DNA of 63,921 nt, filler included, from Hyphochytrium catenoides (taxonomy: Eukaryota; Protista; Hyphochytriomycota): the NCBI GenBank assembly GCA_900088475.1. It is 10 parts of 10 records of this genome, joined end to end, with 100 filler letters (N's around TTAATTAATTAA, not from the genome) between each part and the next. Parts side by side here need not be neighbours in the genome. Positions count along the whole stretch, not along the records: positions 1 to 24,342 come from FLMG01001668.1; 9 more parts are not named here. The stretch is one strand, 5' to 3'. Position 1 is the stretch's first letter, and each line of letters starts with the position of its first letter. Below the pieces are notes generated by a model. The model was not told where the DNA came from. It did no database searches and saw only the letters and a list, made by a program, of their open reading frames with translations. The position numbers were made by a program, and so were the translations under genes. This document shows positions 1-13,159 of this stretch, in pieces.

Positions 1-367
1 TCTCTCCCTCTCTCTCTCTCTCTCTTTCTGTCTCTCTCTCCCTCTCTTTCACTCTCTCTCACTCTCTCATGGACTGCTGCTTGTGATCTTCCACTGCTAA
101 CTTGGATGCGTTCCCTTTCTTTGTCGTCGTCTTTTCTGCTCGTCCCTCCCGAAGGTTCTGAGTGATCTGGGATTACCAGCGTGTTCTCCAAGGCCAAGCC
201 ATCCACAGCGCGCCAGAATCTCTCTTCCTGGTCACCGCGAAGACTCCAGACAGATACTCGATCTCTCCTTCTTCTTCTCTCTCTCTCTCTCTCTTCGTCC
301 TTCCCTGTCCCGTTGTTACTGATTGAGCGGTCTTACCGTCTTAAGGTAGAGAAAGAATAGAAGAAAC

Positions 368-788
368 ATGGGCAAGTCAGCATCTAAGTTGAAGAGAGAA
401 GAGAAGCGGGCCAGAGCAGGCACTGCTGACGGGCCGAAGAGTGAGAAAGAGCCCTCGATGCAGGCTGCGGCACGAGGTGATCTCTCTATTTCTCTATCGT
501 CCTTCCCCTCTTTCTCTCTCTCTCCCTCTCTCTTTCTCTCCTCACTCAGTCTCTTTGTTTTCCTCTTTTCTCTCTCTCTCTCTCTGCTCTGCTTGCCTTC
601 TTAGTACGCCCAGCTTTTCTCTATCTTGGTGGATCCTCTTGCTTCCTCCTTTCCTCAGCAGTGATCTAGCCGTATCTTGTCTCTTCCTTAGCCTCCCCGC
701 TCTGAGTCCTTCTCTCGGCTGCCAAATTTCTCAAAAATGCCTGGCACTTTGTTTGTGCCTCTGTCTCACCTTCCTTGCTCGCTTTCCC

Positions 789-831
<43 letters not shown>

Positions 832-1256
832 TTCTTTCTCTCCGCTCTATCTTTTCTCCTCTCCCCTCTCTCTGTCCCTCCCTCTTGACTTACCTTCCTG
901 AACGCTATTCTGTCTAGCGATTCCCAAGCCAGATTTAGCTCCTGCAGGCGCCCCTGCCTCCAAGAGAGAAGAGAAGTCTTCAGAGCTCTCTCCTGAGGAT
1001 CTTCACGTTGATGAGGCGAAGTGGACCAAATTCTTCACACAGAATGAGCTGATGGGTACGTTACGCCAGACCACGAAGAAAGAGAAAGGTGGAGAGAGAG
1101 AGAAGTGGAGAAAGAGAGGAGAAGGAGGAAGAGCGACCTCTTTCTCTCCAATGTCCCTACATAACTGCTTCAGAGTTTTCATCCAAGTCTGGCTCCTCTT
1201 CAGTTCGCAGTGTTTAGTTGAGTGGCTTCGTTCGGAGTTCCTCTTCTCTTACCTCT

Positions 1257-1299
<43 letters not shown>

Positions 1300-2509
1300 C
1301 TCTTCTTCTCTTCCTTTGTCCCCTTGTACGTAGGCTTGAAGAAGTGTTATTGCGTGCTGGCGACACACGAAGGAATGTCAAAGAAGATCTTTGACGACGA
1401 GGCGCTGGGGCTCAAGCCGTCACTTTACACGGACAGAATCTTTTCTATTTTTGATACTAACTCTGATGGCCTGGTGAGAGACTCTCTCCCTCTCTCTCTC
1501 TCTGTCTATATTACACTTCCTCTCTCTCCCCTCCACCCGCTGACTTTATCTATTTATTGCATCTGCTGTCGTCCGAAAACTCTCTCTCTCTCTCTTTCTT
1601 TCTAACTCCTCTCTATAGTCTCTTCCTCATCAATGCGCGCCTCCTTCGCACTGACGCTTCTTCTCCCTCTTCTCTCTGCGGTTCCTCCTGTCTACTCCCT
1701 GGCTCTCTCTCTCTCTCTGCACTCTCCCTCTCTTCTGCACTCTCTCTTTCTCTTCTGCACTCTCTCTCTCTTCTGCACTCTCTCTCTTCCTAAAGATGTC
1801 AATAGATGAGTTTCTCTCTAGCATGTCAGTGCTCACCTCCAAGGGCTCAGACGACGATAAGATCCGCATCTCCTACCAGATCCTTACGCCACCAGGAGAG
1901 AAAGGAATCAACAGGGCAGCTCTCAAGGAGATGCTGCTTGCCTGCCTTCAGGACTATGGAGGTGCTCTCTCTCTCTCTCTCTCTCTCTGCACTTCTTTCT
2001 TCTTTCCCTTGTCTTTATCTCTATCGCTAGCTGTCTCATGAATCTATCTCACTTCTAGTCAGCTTTCTACTTGTCATCTCTCTCTTGCCATCCCTCCCAG
2101 TCTGTTTGGCGCACTTACATCTTCTTCTCCCTGCCGCCGCCGGCCCCCTTTTTGCATCTCTCTCTTTTCTCTTCCTCTCTTTGCAGACTACGCAGGGAAC
2201 TTGAAGCTGAACTCTCAGCAGGTGGAAGAGATCATTGACAGAACATTCCAAGAGGCAGACACCAACCACGACGGACTTATTGACTTTGCAGAATATCAGG
2301 TTTGGCCGCACGTGCTCTCTCTCTCTCGCTCTTTTTCCTTCCTCCCTCCACCCATTCCCAGCCTTACAACGCTTCTCTTTCTTTTCCTTCGCTCTGACTC
2401 CCAGGCTCTCATGCGAAAGACCGCCACGCAGACTCCCATGTCAGAGTTTTTGACGATTGACATCCCGGGTGTCATCACCACCATCGACAGGACGCTCAGC
2501 AAATACTAA
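368..2509 (+). CDS. Calcineurin B-like / NCS-type EF-hand calcium sensor, N-myristoylated, 6 exons, 256 aa
   Basis: Exons 368-476, 918-1055, 1334-1473, 1796-1961, 2187-2299 and 2405-2509 join by GT-AG into 771 nt with no stop. N-terminus MGKSAS fits G2/S6 myristoylation. Motifs FFTQNELMGLKKCY, IFDTNSDGLMSIDEF, GSDDDKIRISY and EADTNHDGLIDFAEY. Confidence 0.88.
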
Positions 2510-2672
2510 GAGAAAGACACAAAGAGGAAAGAGAGAGAGAGACACACACACACATACGGGCACAGTCTAGCTGTTGCGCCGTAGTTGCTCCTTTCCTCTC
2601 TCTCTCCTAGTGTCTGTCTGCCTCTCCCTCTCACCCACACACAGCTCAGGCTTATCGCGCACACAATCCTTT

Positions 2673-5021
2673 TTACGTTCTCCATCGCTTAGGACGCTTC
2701 AAGCGCGGACCAAACATAGGGAAGAGAGAAGGTTGAAAAGAGAAGAGGAACAGATAACACCGACTTTTGACTCCTTTTATTCTTCCCACCATACGTCCTA
2801 GCCCGCGAGAGACGGGAAAGGTTTTTAGCCCAAGATAGAGACCTTTGAGATTGACAGCGCAAGGGTGGCTGCATGCGTCAAGCACAATCATCAGATGGAA
2901 TACGGCGTGATCCCTCCAGAGAGTGCGTGTTATGCCTCGAGAGACGCACTGATCCGCTGTTTTGTCTTCAAACGGCGGCAGGATGAAAGTCTTCTTCTTG
3001 AGGACCATGAGAGTCAAAGGAAGGGTGCTGGGGGCAGAGGCGGTGATCCTCGATCAGCACGAGTCTAGCCGTCCATCGTCATGAAGTTTCATGTCTTCCT
3101 CATCTACATCTCCCATTGGTGCTGCTCATTTTCTTCTCGTCCTTGCTGGCATAGTGTTTGCAGTTGTTCTTCTCCCTCCCGCTTGACACGGCACCCCAAC
3201 TGCTGCGGCAAGCGGGTTATACGGAGAAGGTTCCTTCTTGTGCTTAAATCTCTGGACAACAGGTGTCGGTGCGACACTTTCTACCCTCGGTGGGCAAACA
3301 CTGCCTAGCGCCGCACTGATTGCCAACAAGATGCTGTTTGCATGGCCGTCTATACGATAATAATGGGGTCGAAAGATGCCAGAGCTTAGGTCTTCTTCTT
3401 GTTTGCTGAACACCATGACTAAGAAGATATCCTCCGGTTTCTAACCCTGTTTGAGCCTCGACAGTCCCTTGACAAGAATTTTGTTTGAAAGTCGTCCCTC
3501 TCTCGTTCACAAGCATCACCTTGTAGAACTGTCTTGCCCCACTAGACTTTACGAGCACGCTCGCTGCAGCTGCCTTAAGCGAGCATCGCCGTGCGNNNNN
3601 NNNNNNNNNNNNNNNNNNNNNNNNNNNNNNNNNNNNNNNNNNNNNNNNNNNNNNNNNNNNNNNNNNNNNNNNNNNNNNNNNGGCTCCTCCTCCATACTAG
3701 TCCTCCGTCTTGACCTCCTGTCAAGTTCTTCGCTCTGTTGGTTCTGCTCATCACAGAAGGCTTCTGGATATTCTACACAGTCAAAGGCGGCACTCGCTAG
3801 CACTTTCATTGTACTTTGTGGGACCCTGAGGCATTGCTTTGAGACCCGGGAAGCATTCCAAGCGTTCCACTGTTGTCTTCCGGCAATCCTTACCAGCTCC
3901 ATCTCCAGCACCTTTGTTGATGCCACCAAGCATCATCGCAGATTCTCCAAGAATGAGTCAGTTGGTCTGAATGTGTACTCGTGATCCCGATCAGGCTGAT
4001 CACAGCTAACAGTAAAGTAGGCGCTATCTTCCTCCGCGTACGCTGCATTGAGAATGCCGATGGTCTTGTCTCCCACTTGCGTCAGAGTATGGATGAGAAC
4101 GTCTAGGAGCTCTTCCTTCTCGACGAATGGGTTTGATCGCCGCGCTCTTGGTATGTGCGAGTGATTATATACGACGATTGACATCAGAGGCGGCACTGAC
4201 AAGAAGGCCGTTCGCTCCTTCCAAGTGATTGTTGTTCACTGAGTTACTGTCGGCAAATTGTGTTAGGCGGAAGGACCAGACGACCACACCTGCTCTTTAT
4301 GCGATGTCTCCCAAACGTAACCTTTCATCTGCAGAGTGACAGGACGTAAGGACACAGCTCCTCCTACTGAGACGACGCTTATAATGTCCCTGAAGAATAG
4401 AAGTGATATAGCGGTTGCCCTTAAGTGCAGATTGGAAGCCGGCCTGATTGCCGCTGGATGATGCTGTTGGGAGGAAGTTCAGCCATCGTGAACTGTTGGA
4501 GGCAGTCTGATGGTTTGGCGGCCTGCCTATGGTGTTGAAGCATCATCAGAAACCCTTGCGCTCCAGGCACCATCTCTTTAATCACCAGTAACTCAATCTT
4601 CCCTGCGCTAGACACTAGCGTTCAAACGTGCTCCCCCGGACAACGCTGTTGGAAGAACTTCTTCTTCTTCTGTTCGTTCCTTTTCCTCTGGATAGTTCCC
4701 CCGATGTGCATCAATGTCAGGAGAAGAAGCTGTGCTTGACGTCGCTTGTCTACTCAACTGATAGTTACATGGGCTCAATAGAAGGAATGTGAGACTGTCT
4801 TTTACATGTTCCAATAAAGCAACGCCCTGGTCTGATCGCTAAAAATGCTCTGAAGCTAGAGACTGAACACTCTCGAATGTCTGCCACCGCGCCTCAGAAG
4901 GCGTCTGGCTTACGAGGTTGGTAGTGAAAGTCTCCCACAGCCATCGCATTCTTCGGTTAAGAGGAAGAGGCTGCTTTCTTTTCTGTCCCAGTCGAGACAG
5001 GAAGAGTCCCTGTGAATCCAT
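2673..5021 (-). pseudogene. Fragmented coding-like region, possibly a decayed Mutator-like transposase or an unresolved gene
   Basis: Microsatellite-free stretch with consecutive short minus-strand ORFs in shifting frames. FYKVMLV..SCQGT..QTGL..SH followed by FRPHYYR..CPP loosely resembles a degenerate SWIM and post-SWIM region. No DDE motif recognised, and an N gap lies at 3596-3681. Confidence 0.25.
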
Positions 5022-5148
5022 AGCGCTTCAAATACTCTTGCTGTTGCCTGCCCAATCTGACCAAGGAGAAAGGGAGAGATGGAAGTTAGAGAAGGGAAAA
5101 GAAGAGAGAGAATAAGAAGAAAGACGGAGAGGAAGCGAGTCAGGGAAT

Positions 5149-5181
<33 letters not shown>

Positions 5182-5183
5182 GA

Positions 5184-5235
<52 letters not shown>

Positions 5236-5298
5236 CGGAGGGAGAGAGGAAGCTCGAGAGAGACTAATGCAGTTGAAAGGAGATGGATATGCGAAGGG

Positions 5299-6348
5299 CT
5301 AGGTTGGAGCAAGATTTATCGGAAGGGCCGAAAAGGTGAGACAATTTGGTGGAATAGTCCACGATCGCAAACTGTGGAAGGAAGAGAACAGGACAAGGAG
5401 ATGGAAAGAGAGGAGAGAAGGAGAGAGAGAGAGAGAGAGAGTGGAGCGAGAGAGAGACAAAGAGAACCAAGGTAGAACCGGAGAGAAAACACAGAAAACG
5501 ACCTCACTTACAGGACAGAAAGTGCTGAGGGAGGTGAGGGTTTCTTAGGGGCGGGAGAGGACTTCGAAGCAGGAGTCTTGGGAGCAACAGGAGACGTCTC
5601 TTTAGTCTCTTTCTTTGGAGAAGGAGGCGGTACAGGGGCCTTGGCTGGAGTTGCAGGAGGAGCTACAACGCTAACGAGGAAGTCGCCTGGGGCAATGGGC
5701 GTCCCTGTAAAGCGCAAGGGAGGGAGAGAGAGAGAGAGAGAAAGAGAGAGACTGTGTTAGTAAGCGAGAAGAACAGTATTCTTTGGACACGAGGAGCGCC
5801 TACCGCTTTTATCAAGTGGGATGACCTCTGGCTGTGGAGCAGGACGGGACGGTGTGGACACCGCACCAGGAGTCTCCTCCTTAGGCAGCAACAGGCCGAA
5901 GGTAGAGAAAGAAAGAGATAGAAGGAGTGACAGAGAGGAAGGGAAAAAGAAAAGAGAGAGAGATTGGTCAGCAACGACAGTTTCACATTTAACTGGGCCA
6001 AAGACGACAGACCAAAAGCAAGAGGTGACATTAAGAAAGAGAGAAGCAGTGGAAGTGGAGGCCCGGGCCCAGTCAAGGGAGAGAATTAATATATAGAGCA
6101 AGAGAGAGAGAAAGGAGAAGAAAGATAACGCATCTGCCCCTTGAAAGAATGAGAAGAAAAGAGCAGGATGATGCAAGATGCCGCTTAAGAGAGAGAGAAA
6201 GTCAAAGTAAGGTCATCTCTCAATGATTACCTTATGTGACAGAGCGGGCTCAGCCTCTGGCTTGAAATCTTTGAAAGGAGGAACATCCTCCGCAGTTTCC
6301 ACCTGAATCAGACATTAAAAAGGAGGAAAGAGCGGAGAGACAGAGGTA

Positions 6349-6398
<50 letters not shown>

Positions 6399-6918
6399 GG
6401 AAGAGCGACAGGGTAAGAGGAAGCATGAATAGCGAAGAAAGAAGCCAGCCGAGGAGCAGAGAGAAAAAAGAGAGCACGCCGCGCAGAGAGGGGAGGAAAG
6501 AAAAAGAGAGAGCGCAGTCTCGCCTTACCGACACAAAGATAGGCGTCCCAACGGCCACATCTGACGTCCCTCCAGGAACCAAAATTTTAGCCACGACACC
6601 ATCGTCCTGGGCTTCAAAGTCTACAACCTGGAGAAGAGAGAAAGAGAGAAGAGAGAGAGAGAGACCCCAAGTCAAGCACAGGCCTGCTGTGCTAAGGTGT
6701 CCTTCCTCTTTTATTCCTTTGCTGGGCTTCGGCTCTTCGTACACCAACGCCCGACCTCTCTCTAGCTCACTTACTCACTCCTATCATCCATAACCTTCGC
6801 CTTCTCCTTCTCTCTCTCTCTCTCTTTCTCTCTTTCTCTTTCTTCCTCTCTCTCTCTCTCTTTTGCTCTCTCTCTCTCTCTTGCTCTCTCTCTCTCTGCT
6901 CCTTCTCTCTCTCTCTTG

Positions 6919-6953
<35 letters not shown>

Positions 6954-7535
6954 TCTTCCTCTCTCTCTCTCTTTTGCTCTCTCTCTCTCTTGCTCTCTCT
7001 CTCTGCGCTTACCGCCTTATCGGTCTCTACAGCGCAGATGACATCTCCAGGGCTGAAGCTGTCTCCTTCCTTCAGCTTCCACTCAGCCAAGTTACCATGG
7101 GTCATGGTAGGAGACAAAGCTACGACGAAGGGAGAGAGGAGGATTGAGAAATAGAGAGCAAGAGGTGGCAAGAGAGATAGCCAGAGAGAAAGAGAGAGAG
7201 AGAGAAAGTTACCTAACAGGAATCAGGAGACAGCTGCTTCAGGTTGAAGAAATATGAGCAAAGAAATAAGAGCTCGGAGAGGCATAACAAGCTACCGTCT
7301 ATCCGATCTCTGCCACCTTGATGTCTCTCTTTCCCTTTCTCTTCTCTCATTCCCTCTCTTTCTTTCTCTCTTTCTCTCTCCAATGCTGGGGCGTACCTGG
7401 GAGTCCCACGACCTCATGAGGCGGATAGGTGGCCATAAAGCGCTTCAGAACTGGAGAAGAGACAGGCCCAACCCTAGCGGGCTGCCGGCCTCCGAGCCTG
7501 CAAAGCGAGCGACCGGCACGAAGGAGAGCACTCAT
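5299..7535 (-). CDS. Mitochondrial lipoyl-domain protein (PDH E2/E3BP-like N-terminus) with Pro/Ala/Lys linker and no catalytic domain
   Basis: Arg-rich presequence [14 protein letters not shown]. Spliced exons give [49 protein letters not shown], with the lipoyl Lys intact. The last exon reads [24 protein letters not shown]-stop. Confidence 0.82.
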
Positions 7536-7733
7536 TCTGTATGTAAGTGGGTGTGTCTCTCTCTTTCCTTCTCTCTCTCTCTCTCTTGCGGTGCTGACCC
7601 CAAGAATCGCAAGAAGAGGCAGTTTGTAGGTGGTGAAGATCGATGTGGACTGGCTCCGGAAGGAGATGTAGGGGACTGTATGACATCAGCGGATCTCTCC
7701 CGTCATGTACTGAAGAATCTCTCTCTCAATCTT

Positions 7734-7765
<32 letters not shown>

Positions 7766-8647
7766 CTCTCCTCTCCCTTGTTGGTGTTCTGTCTCTGTAT
7801 CTCTGGAGATCCCAGCCAAAGGATGTCAGAACGTCGGAACCAGATCTCGGTTGGAATCAGGGATCTAATACGTGTTATTGTGAATAATGAATAGTACCTA
7901 ATAAGGATATCAGGGATCTGGGAGACCAAGCGACCAAGCAAAGTTTCATCTCTCTCTCTCTCTCTCCTCGTCTCTCTCTCTCTTCGTCTCTCTCTCCTCT
8001 ACTCCTTGCCCCACTGCTTCCTTGTACGTGCCGTTCTCTCTCTCTCTCTCTCTCTCCTCACACTCATGGCCCCTCTCCTCTTCGCTGCTGACAAGAGCCT
8101 AGTCCTCCCACTGGCTCAGATAAACTTCTTATTGAGTCTCATGCTGGCTGGCCTGGTTTTTCCTCTCTGTTGTCTATGGTTCTCTCTCTATCTCTGGTCT
8201 CTCTTTCTGTCTCTCAGTATAGGTTTCTTGCTCGCTCTTTGTCGCTCTTTCGTCTTGTACTTCTTGCTACACTTTTAGGGTTCAAGGGGGTAAAGAAGAG
8301 CTAGGCTTTATTTGAGGGTTGAGAGGAAGAGAGAGAGAACGATAAAAGGCCTACAGGAGAGCAAAAGTAATGGCACTCTTTATAATCCTGATCGCCTTGA
8401 CAAGAGAGAGAGAGAGAAAGAGAGAGGGAGAGAGAGAAAGAGAGAGGCAGAGAGAGAGGCGGAGAGAGAACGGCGATTGAGAAATAGTAACAAACCTTGC
8501 TACCTGTAGAGGAGAGCCGAGGAGAATCGAAAGGAAGAGAAGCAAAGAATATGTCCATCAGAGAGTCAAGCTGAAAGACACAGAGAGAAAGAGACTGAGA
8601 GAGACAGAGAGAGAGAAGAGGGACGTCAGCTTTCTCCTCTAGCTTTC

Positions 8648-11600
8648 CTACACTAGATTGTACTTGTCCTTGACGTTCTCTGTCTCTTCATCCGAGCCTT
8701 TCCTCCTGAGAGTCCTGCCCGTGCTGCCATAGTTTGTGTCTTTGCTTCCCTGCAGCGGCCGCCGGGTGGGAGTGAGGTGACTTGGACTCTTTCTCTCTCG
8801 TTCTCTGTCCTTTCTTCCCTTGATCTTTGCTTCTGGGGTCAGTCGGAAAATTGAGGTCGATGACTTCGCTGCAGAAAGAGAGAAAGAGAGAGAGAGAAAC
8901 AGAAAAAGAGTTGTTTAGAGCAGTCAAGATGAAAGTCCACGTGGATCCCATCAGTCATTCGCAGGGCTCTATGGGAGGAGGATGAAAGAAGGGGGAAAAG
9001 TTGGGAAGAGAGAGAGAGAGAGAGAAAGAATGAGAGCGGGAGAAAGGGTAAGAGACCTGAGAGAAGGAGAAGGGGAGACAGACAAATGAGAGAGAGTGAC
9101 AGAGAGAGAGAAAGAGAGAGTCTTGCAGCATACAAAGTCTCTTCTTCATAAAGGACTTCAGTCTATTCATAGAAGGCGAGTTCCAGGCTGGGCTCTTCTC
9201 CTCCCTGTGATCCTTATCTCCTCTCTCCTCCTTGGCCGAGTAGTAGACCAATATCGCAATCTATGAAGAGAAGAGAATGTGTGCAAGAGAGAGAGAGAGA
9301 GAGAGAGCAAGGCGGAGAGAGGGAAGGAGAAGAGCAGGCGACTTAGTAATGCGAAACTATTCCCAACCTAAAGCATTGAAGAAAAATGCTTCGCATCCTT
9401 TCTCTTTCTAGCGTTCGACTCATTGAAGGCGCTATCTCTCTCCTCCTTCCTCCCTTNNNNNNNNNNNNNNNNNNNNNNNNNNNNNNNNNNNNNNNNNNNN
9501 NCGAAGAGATGACGAACATCACGCTCCCGCCATACTTGAAGACAAACAGCATCAACTGCATCACACAGCATCATGTTGACGAGATTAGGGGAAAGAAGGA
9601 GAGAGAGAGTGAGTGAGTGAGAAGAGTGTGTGTAACAAAGAAAGAGAAATTCAACGTTAGTTAAGTGGAGAGAGAGGAGAAGAGACCATCTGTCAGCGAG
9701 GCACCGTTGCTTTAGAGAGGAAAAGACGTTGTGAATAAGCTCCTTAAATAGCGAGAAAACATGAGAGACGAGAGAGAGAAGGCACTCAAAAGAGCCGACT
9801 TGCCAATAGAAGCCAAGCGTTTCGAAGGACGGGAAGGACATTGACATTCTCTCGCTTTTCACTCTCTCTCTCTCTTGTACATTCTCTGTCCGCATACCTG
9901 GTTGTAAACCATATTGAAGACAATAAAAACGAGAAAGAGCGGCAGGATGCTGTCTTCCTCACAGTGCCACACTCTGTTTGGATCTTCCTCAGGAAGAGCA
10001 GGGTTGACGACCACAGGGTTGCCCATGAAACAGCGATGGCTATTCCAGAGATAGTTAGGCAGCTCTGACCAAGAGATAGGAGGATCCGCAAACCCAGGAA
10101 CCTGGACAATTTGGAGAAGACAATGTGTGAGAGAGAAAGATTGACAGAGAGGGGAAGATAAAGAGATGCAGAGAGAGAAAGAGAGCAAGTTAAACGAGTT
10201 TGACAACCGAAGGTCGGTCCATAGCAAGACTGTCAAAGAAAGCGTATCACAAGGAGCTTTTTGGAGTATGAGCTTAGGAGCGCTTGAAGCTGTCATAGAG
10301 GGAAGGAGAGGGAAGGCTAGAGAGAGGTACAAAGCGACGGCAAGGACGTCAGAGAATGGCTAAGGGGAAAGGAAGAAGAAAGACCAAGACAAGATAAGGA
10401 GAGAGAGGGCAGCAGATGGGCACGAGCAAAGAAGAAACTTAGATAGGCCACAATTTGCTCCTAGCTCAGCAGTCAGTTACCCTGATGGTCCAGACAGTCA
10501 GGAACGCATAGATAATCTGCCAGAAACTGGTCCAGGCGTTCGCGTACCAGAGATCCATGTCAACATCCTTCAGACCCACCTCTTTGTAGACTGAGGGACA
10601 GAAAGGACAGAAGCAAGACAAGATAGGAGAGAGAGACTTAGTAGAAGCCGGAATGAGAAGGAGCACTCTGAACTTGGTCGAGAGCTATGATCTCGCGGCC
10701 TCGTGAGAAATGAGAGAGAGACAGACAGACAGACAGAGAGAGAGAGAGAGGCAACAACAATGTGCCGTACAACGATGTGCCGTAGCGGGAGAGAGCTGCG
10801 AAACGAATAAGAGTGGCGAAGGCAGGAGGAGCCTCAGGAAGTGAGAACATTGCTTCAGCTTCGTTCCTGAGCTTTTGCAGTGTGACCTCTCGGTCTCCTT
10901 TATCCTCTGTCTTGACGAGCTGCTCCTTAACACCTACCATTGGATGCTGCAGCAGGAACGAGAGCTAAGATAAATATCCCAGTCCAGAAGAAAGCATCGT
11001 CTCCCACGGCTTTCTCTTTCTTCCCTTCCAACACGGGCAAGAAGTTGACGGCAACGCCGTAAAGAATGAGAATGGCGCCCAGGATGTGATTTCTTCGGAA
11101 GGTCGAGCCCAGGAACACTGCGGCCATCACCATATTGATAGGAAGGACAAGTTGCCCAAGAATGTTGATGAGGTCCCCTCTGCAAGAGCGACATAAAAAG
11201 AGGTACGATTCGGGAAAGGGAGAGAGAGACATAGAGAGAGAAGACGAAAGGAGAGAGAGAGAGCAATTGAGCGAAGGAGAAACCGACGGCAGACAGAGGC
11301 AGCGGAGGAAGATCGAGGGTCACGGAGATGATCAGTGGCAGTGGTCAGACTTCAAGCCATGATCAATCTGAGTAGCGATCAGGCATATCTTGTTAGAGGA
11401 GATAGAGAGGCAGGCAGGCATGCAAACAGAGAAAGAGAGAGACGACAAAGAGGAGAGAGAGAGAGAGCTGGAGAGAGAGAGAGACGGGTATGCTCTTCCA
11501 TAGACGGGAAAGGTGGTCGGTGAGAGAATTGATAGGTAGGACGTTGAGAGGACGACAGAGAGAGGATTTACTGCGAGAAGAAAGAGCAAGAGAGAGAAGA

Positions 11601-11895
11601 AAGAGCCTGCAAGAGAGAGAAGAAAGAGCCTGGAAGACAGTATGAGAAGGTGTATCTCCCTCACCCGAGATGCGGCGTCGGAAAGGTGGAGAGCAGGTTA
11701 AACAGCGTGTCCAAGAGGCCCATGAAGGCGAACTTATACTGAGGAAATCTCTTCATCTCCGGGGTGATGTCCTTAGTAAAGTAAAGCTTGTACCAGACCA
11801 CAGGCCACGAGGTCGCAATGAAGGCAATCGGAAGGATCATGTTGGAGAGATACCAGAGATATGGCGCGTAGGCGAAAGAGAGACGTCTGCAGCGG

Positions 11896-11954
<59 letters not shown>

Positions 11955-12126
11955 AGGGAGAGAGAGTGGCCAGGAGTTAGAGAAGGGAAAGAGTCAGTAC
12001 TTTGCTATGATAGAGGAAAGGGAATGACTACTCACAACATAAACAAACAGAGCACAAAAAATCAAGTCACCATTGACTTCGAGTCAGATGCTCGCCACAT
12101 AGGAAAGCGCAACTTAGTTGAGCAGT

Positions 12127-12166
<40 letters not shown>

Positions 12167-12480
12167 GCTGCTCAAGAGAGACAGACGCCAAAAACACTAT
12201 ATAACAAGAACCAGCTGCCCCGAGAGAGGGAGAGAGAAAAGAGAAGGAGCGTGAGCGAGCGAGTAGCAAAGAGATGGGGCCAGCCGAGAGCGACACAGAG
12301 ACACGGAGAGAGAGAGAGAGTGAGAGAGAGAGAGAGAAAGGAAGAAAGAAGGAAGGAGAGAGAGAGAGAGAGAGGTAGTGTGTCTCACGTCCACAGCACC
12401 CTGTCGACGCATCTCGCTGCCGTCAGAATGAGCAGTGCCAGGTTCACGGCCGCCGGAGCGCCTGCTGCTTCCTCACCCAT
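8648..12480 (-). CDS. CRT-like (chloroquine resistance transporter family, DMT superfamily) membrane transporter
   Basis: Spliced exons give ITPEMKRFPQYKFAFMGLLD, LGQLVLPINMV, LVPAAASNVYKE, ANAWTSFWQ, a Cys-pair loop (HRCFMG..WHCEED) and FIVFNMVYNQLMLFVFKYGGS. About ten hydrophobic segments. An N gap at 9457-9501 hides part of the gene. Confidence 0.88.
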
Positions 12481-13075
12481 GGTCGTGGCACGGAGGAAGA
12501 TGTCTGAGAGCCTTTCAGGCTTTGATAAGAAAGAGACAGAGGCCAAGAAGAAGAAGGCAACGATTAGAAAGCTTCCTTCTCTTGCCTCTTGGTGGCTGCC
12601 CGGGCTCTCTTTCTCTCTCTCTCTCTTTCTGTCGGGCAGCGGGTTATTAGGAGAGAGACTAGGGAATCTGCAAATGAGCAGTGGTCTACGACGGCGGTTG
12701 AGTTGGTTGAGTTGCTGATTGGTGACGAAGGGTAAGCAAGTAAGGACAAAGAAGTAAGGACAAGGGCAAGAGACAGGAGTTGTGATGGAGAGAATGAATG
12801 AGAGACAGAGAGAGCAGGGGAGGGAGAGAAATGGAGGGAAAGAAGGGAAGTAGGGAGAGAGACGGAGGGAGAGAGAGACAATGTAAAAGAGAAAGTGAGG
12901 GCGATACCACTAGATAGAGAGAAATGAGAGAGGGAGGAGGAAATATTAGATGGAACAAGAGAGAGCGAGAGAGAGAGTGAGAGAGAGAGAGTGAGAGAGA
13001 GAAAGAGAGAGAGAAAGTGAGAGAGAGAAAGAGAGTGTGAGAGAGAGAGAAAGAGAAAGAGAAAGAGAGAGAGCG

Positions 13076-13106
<31 letters not shown>

Positions 13107-13121
13107 GAGAGAGCGAGAGAA

Positions 13122-13159
<38 letters not shown>

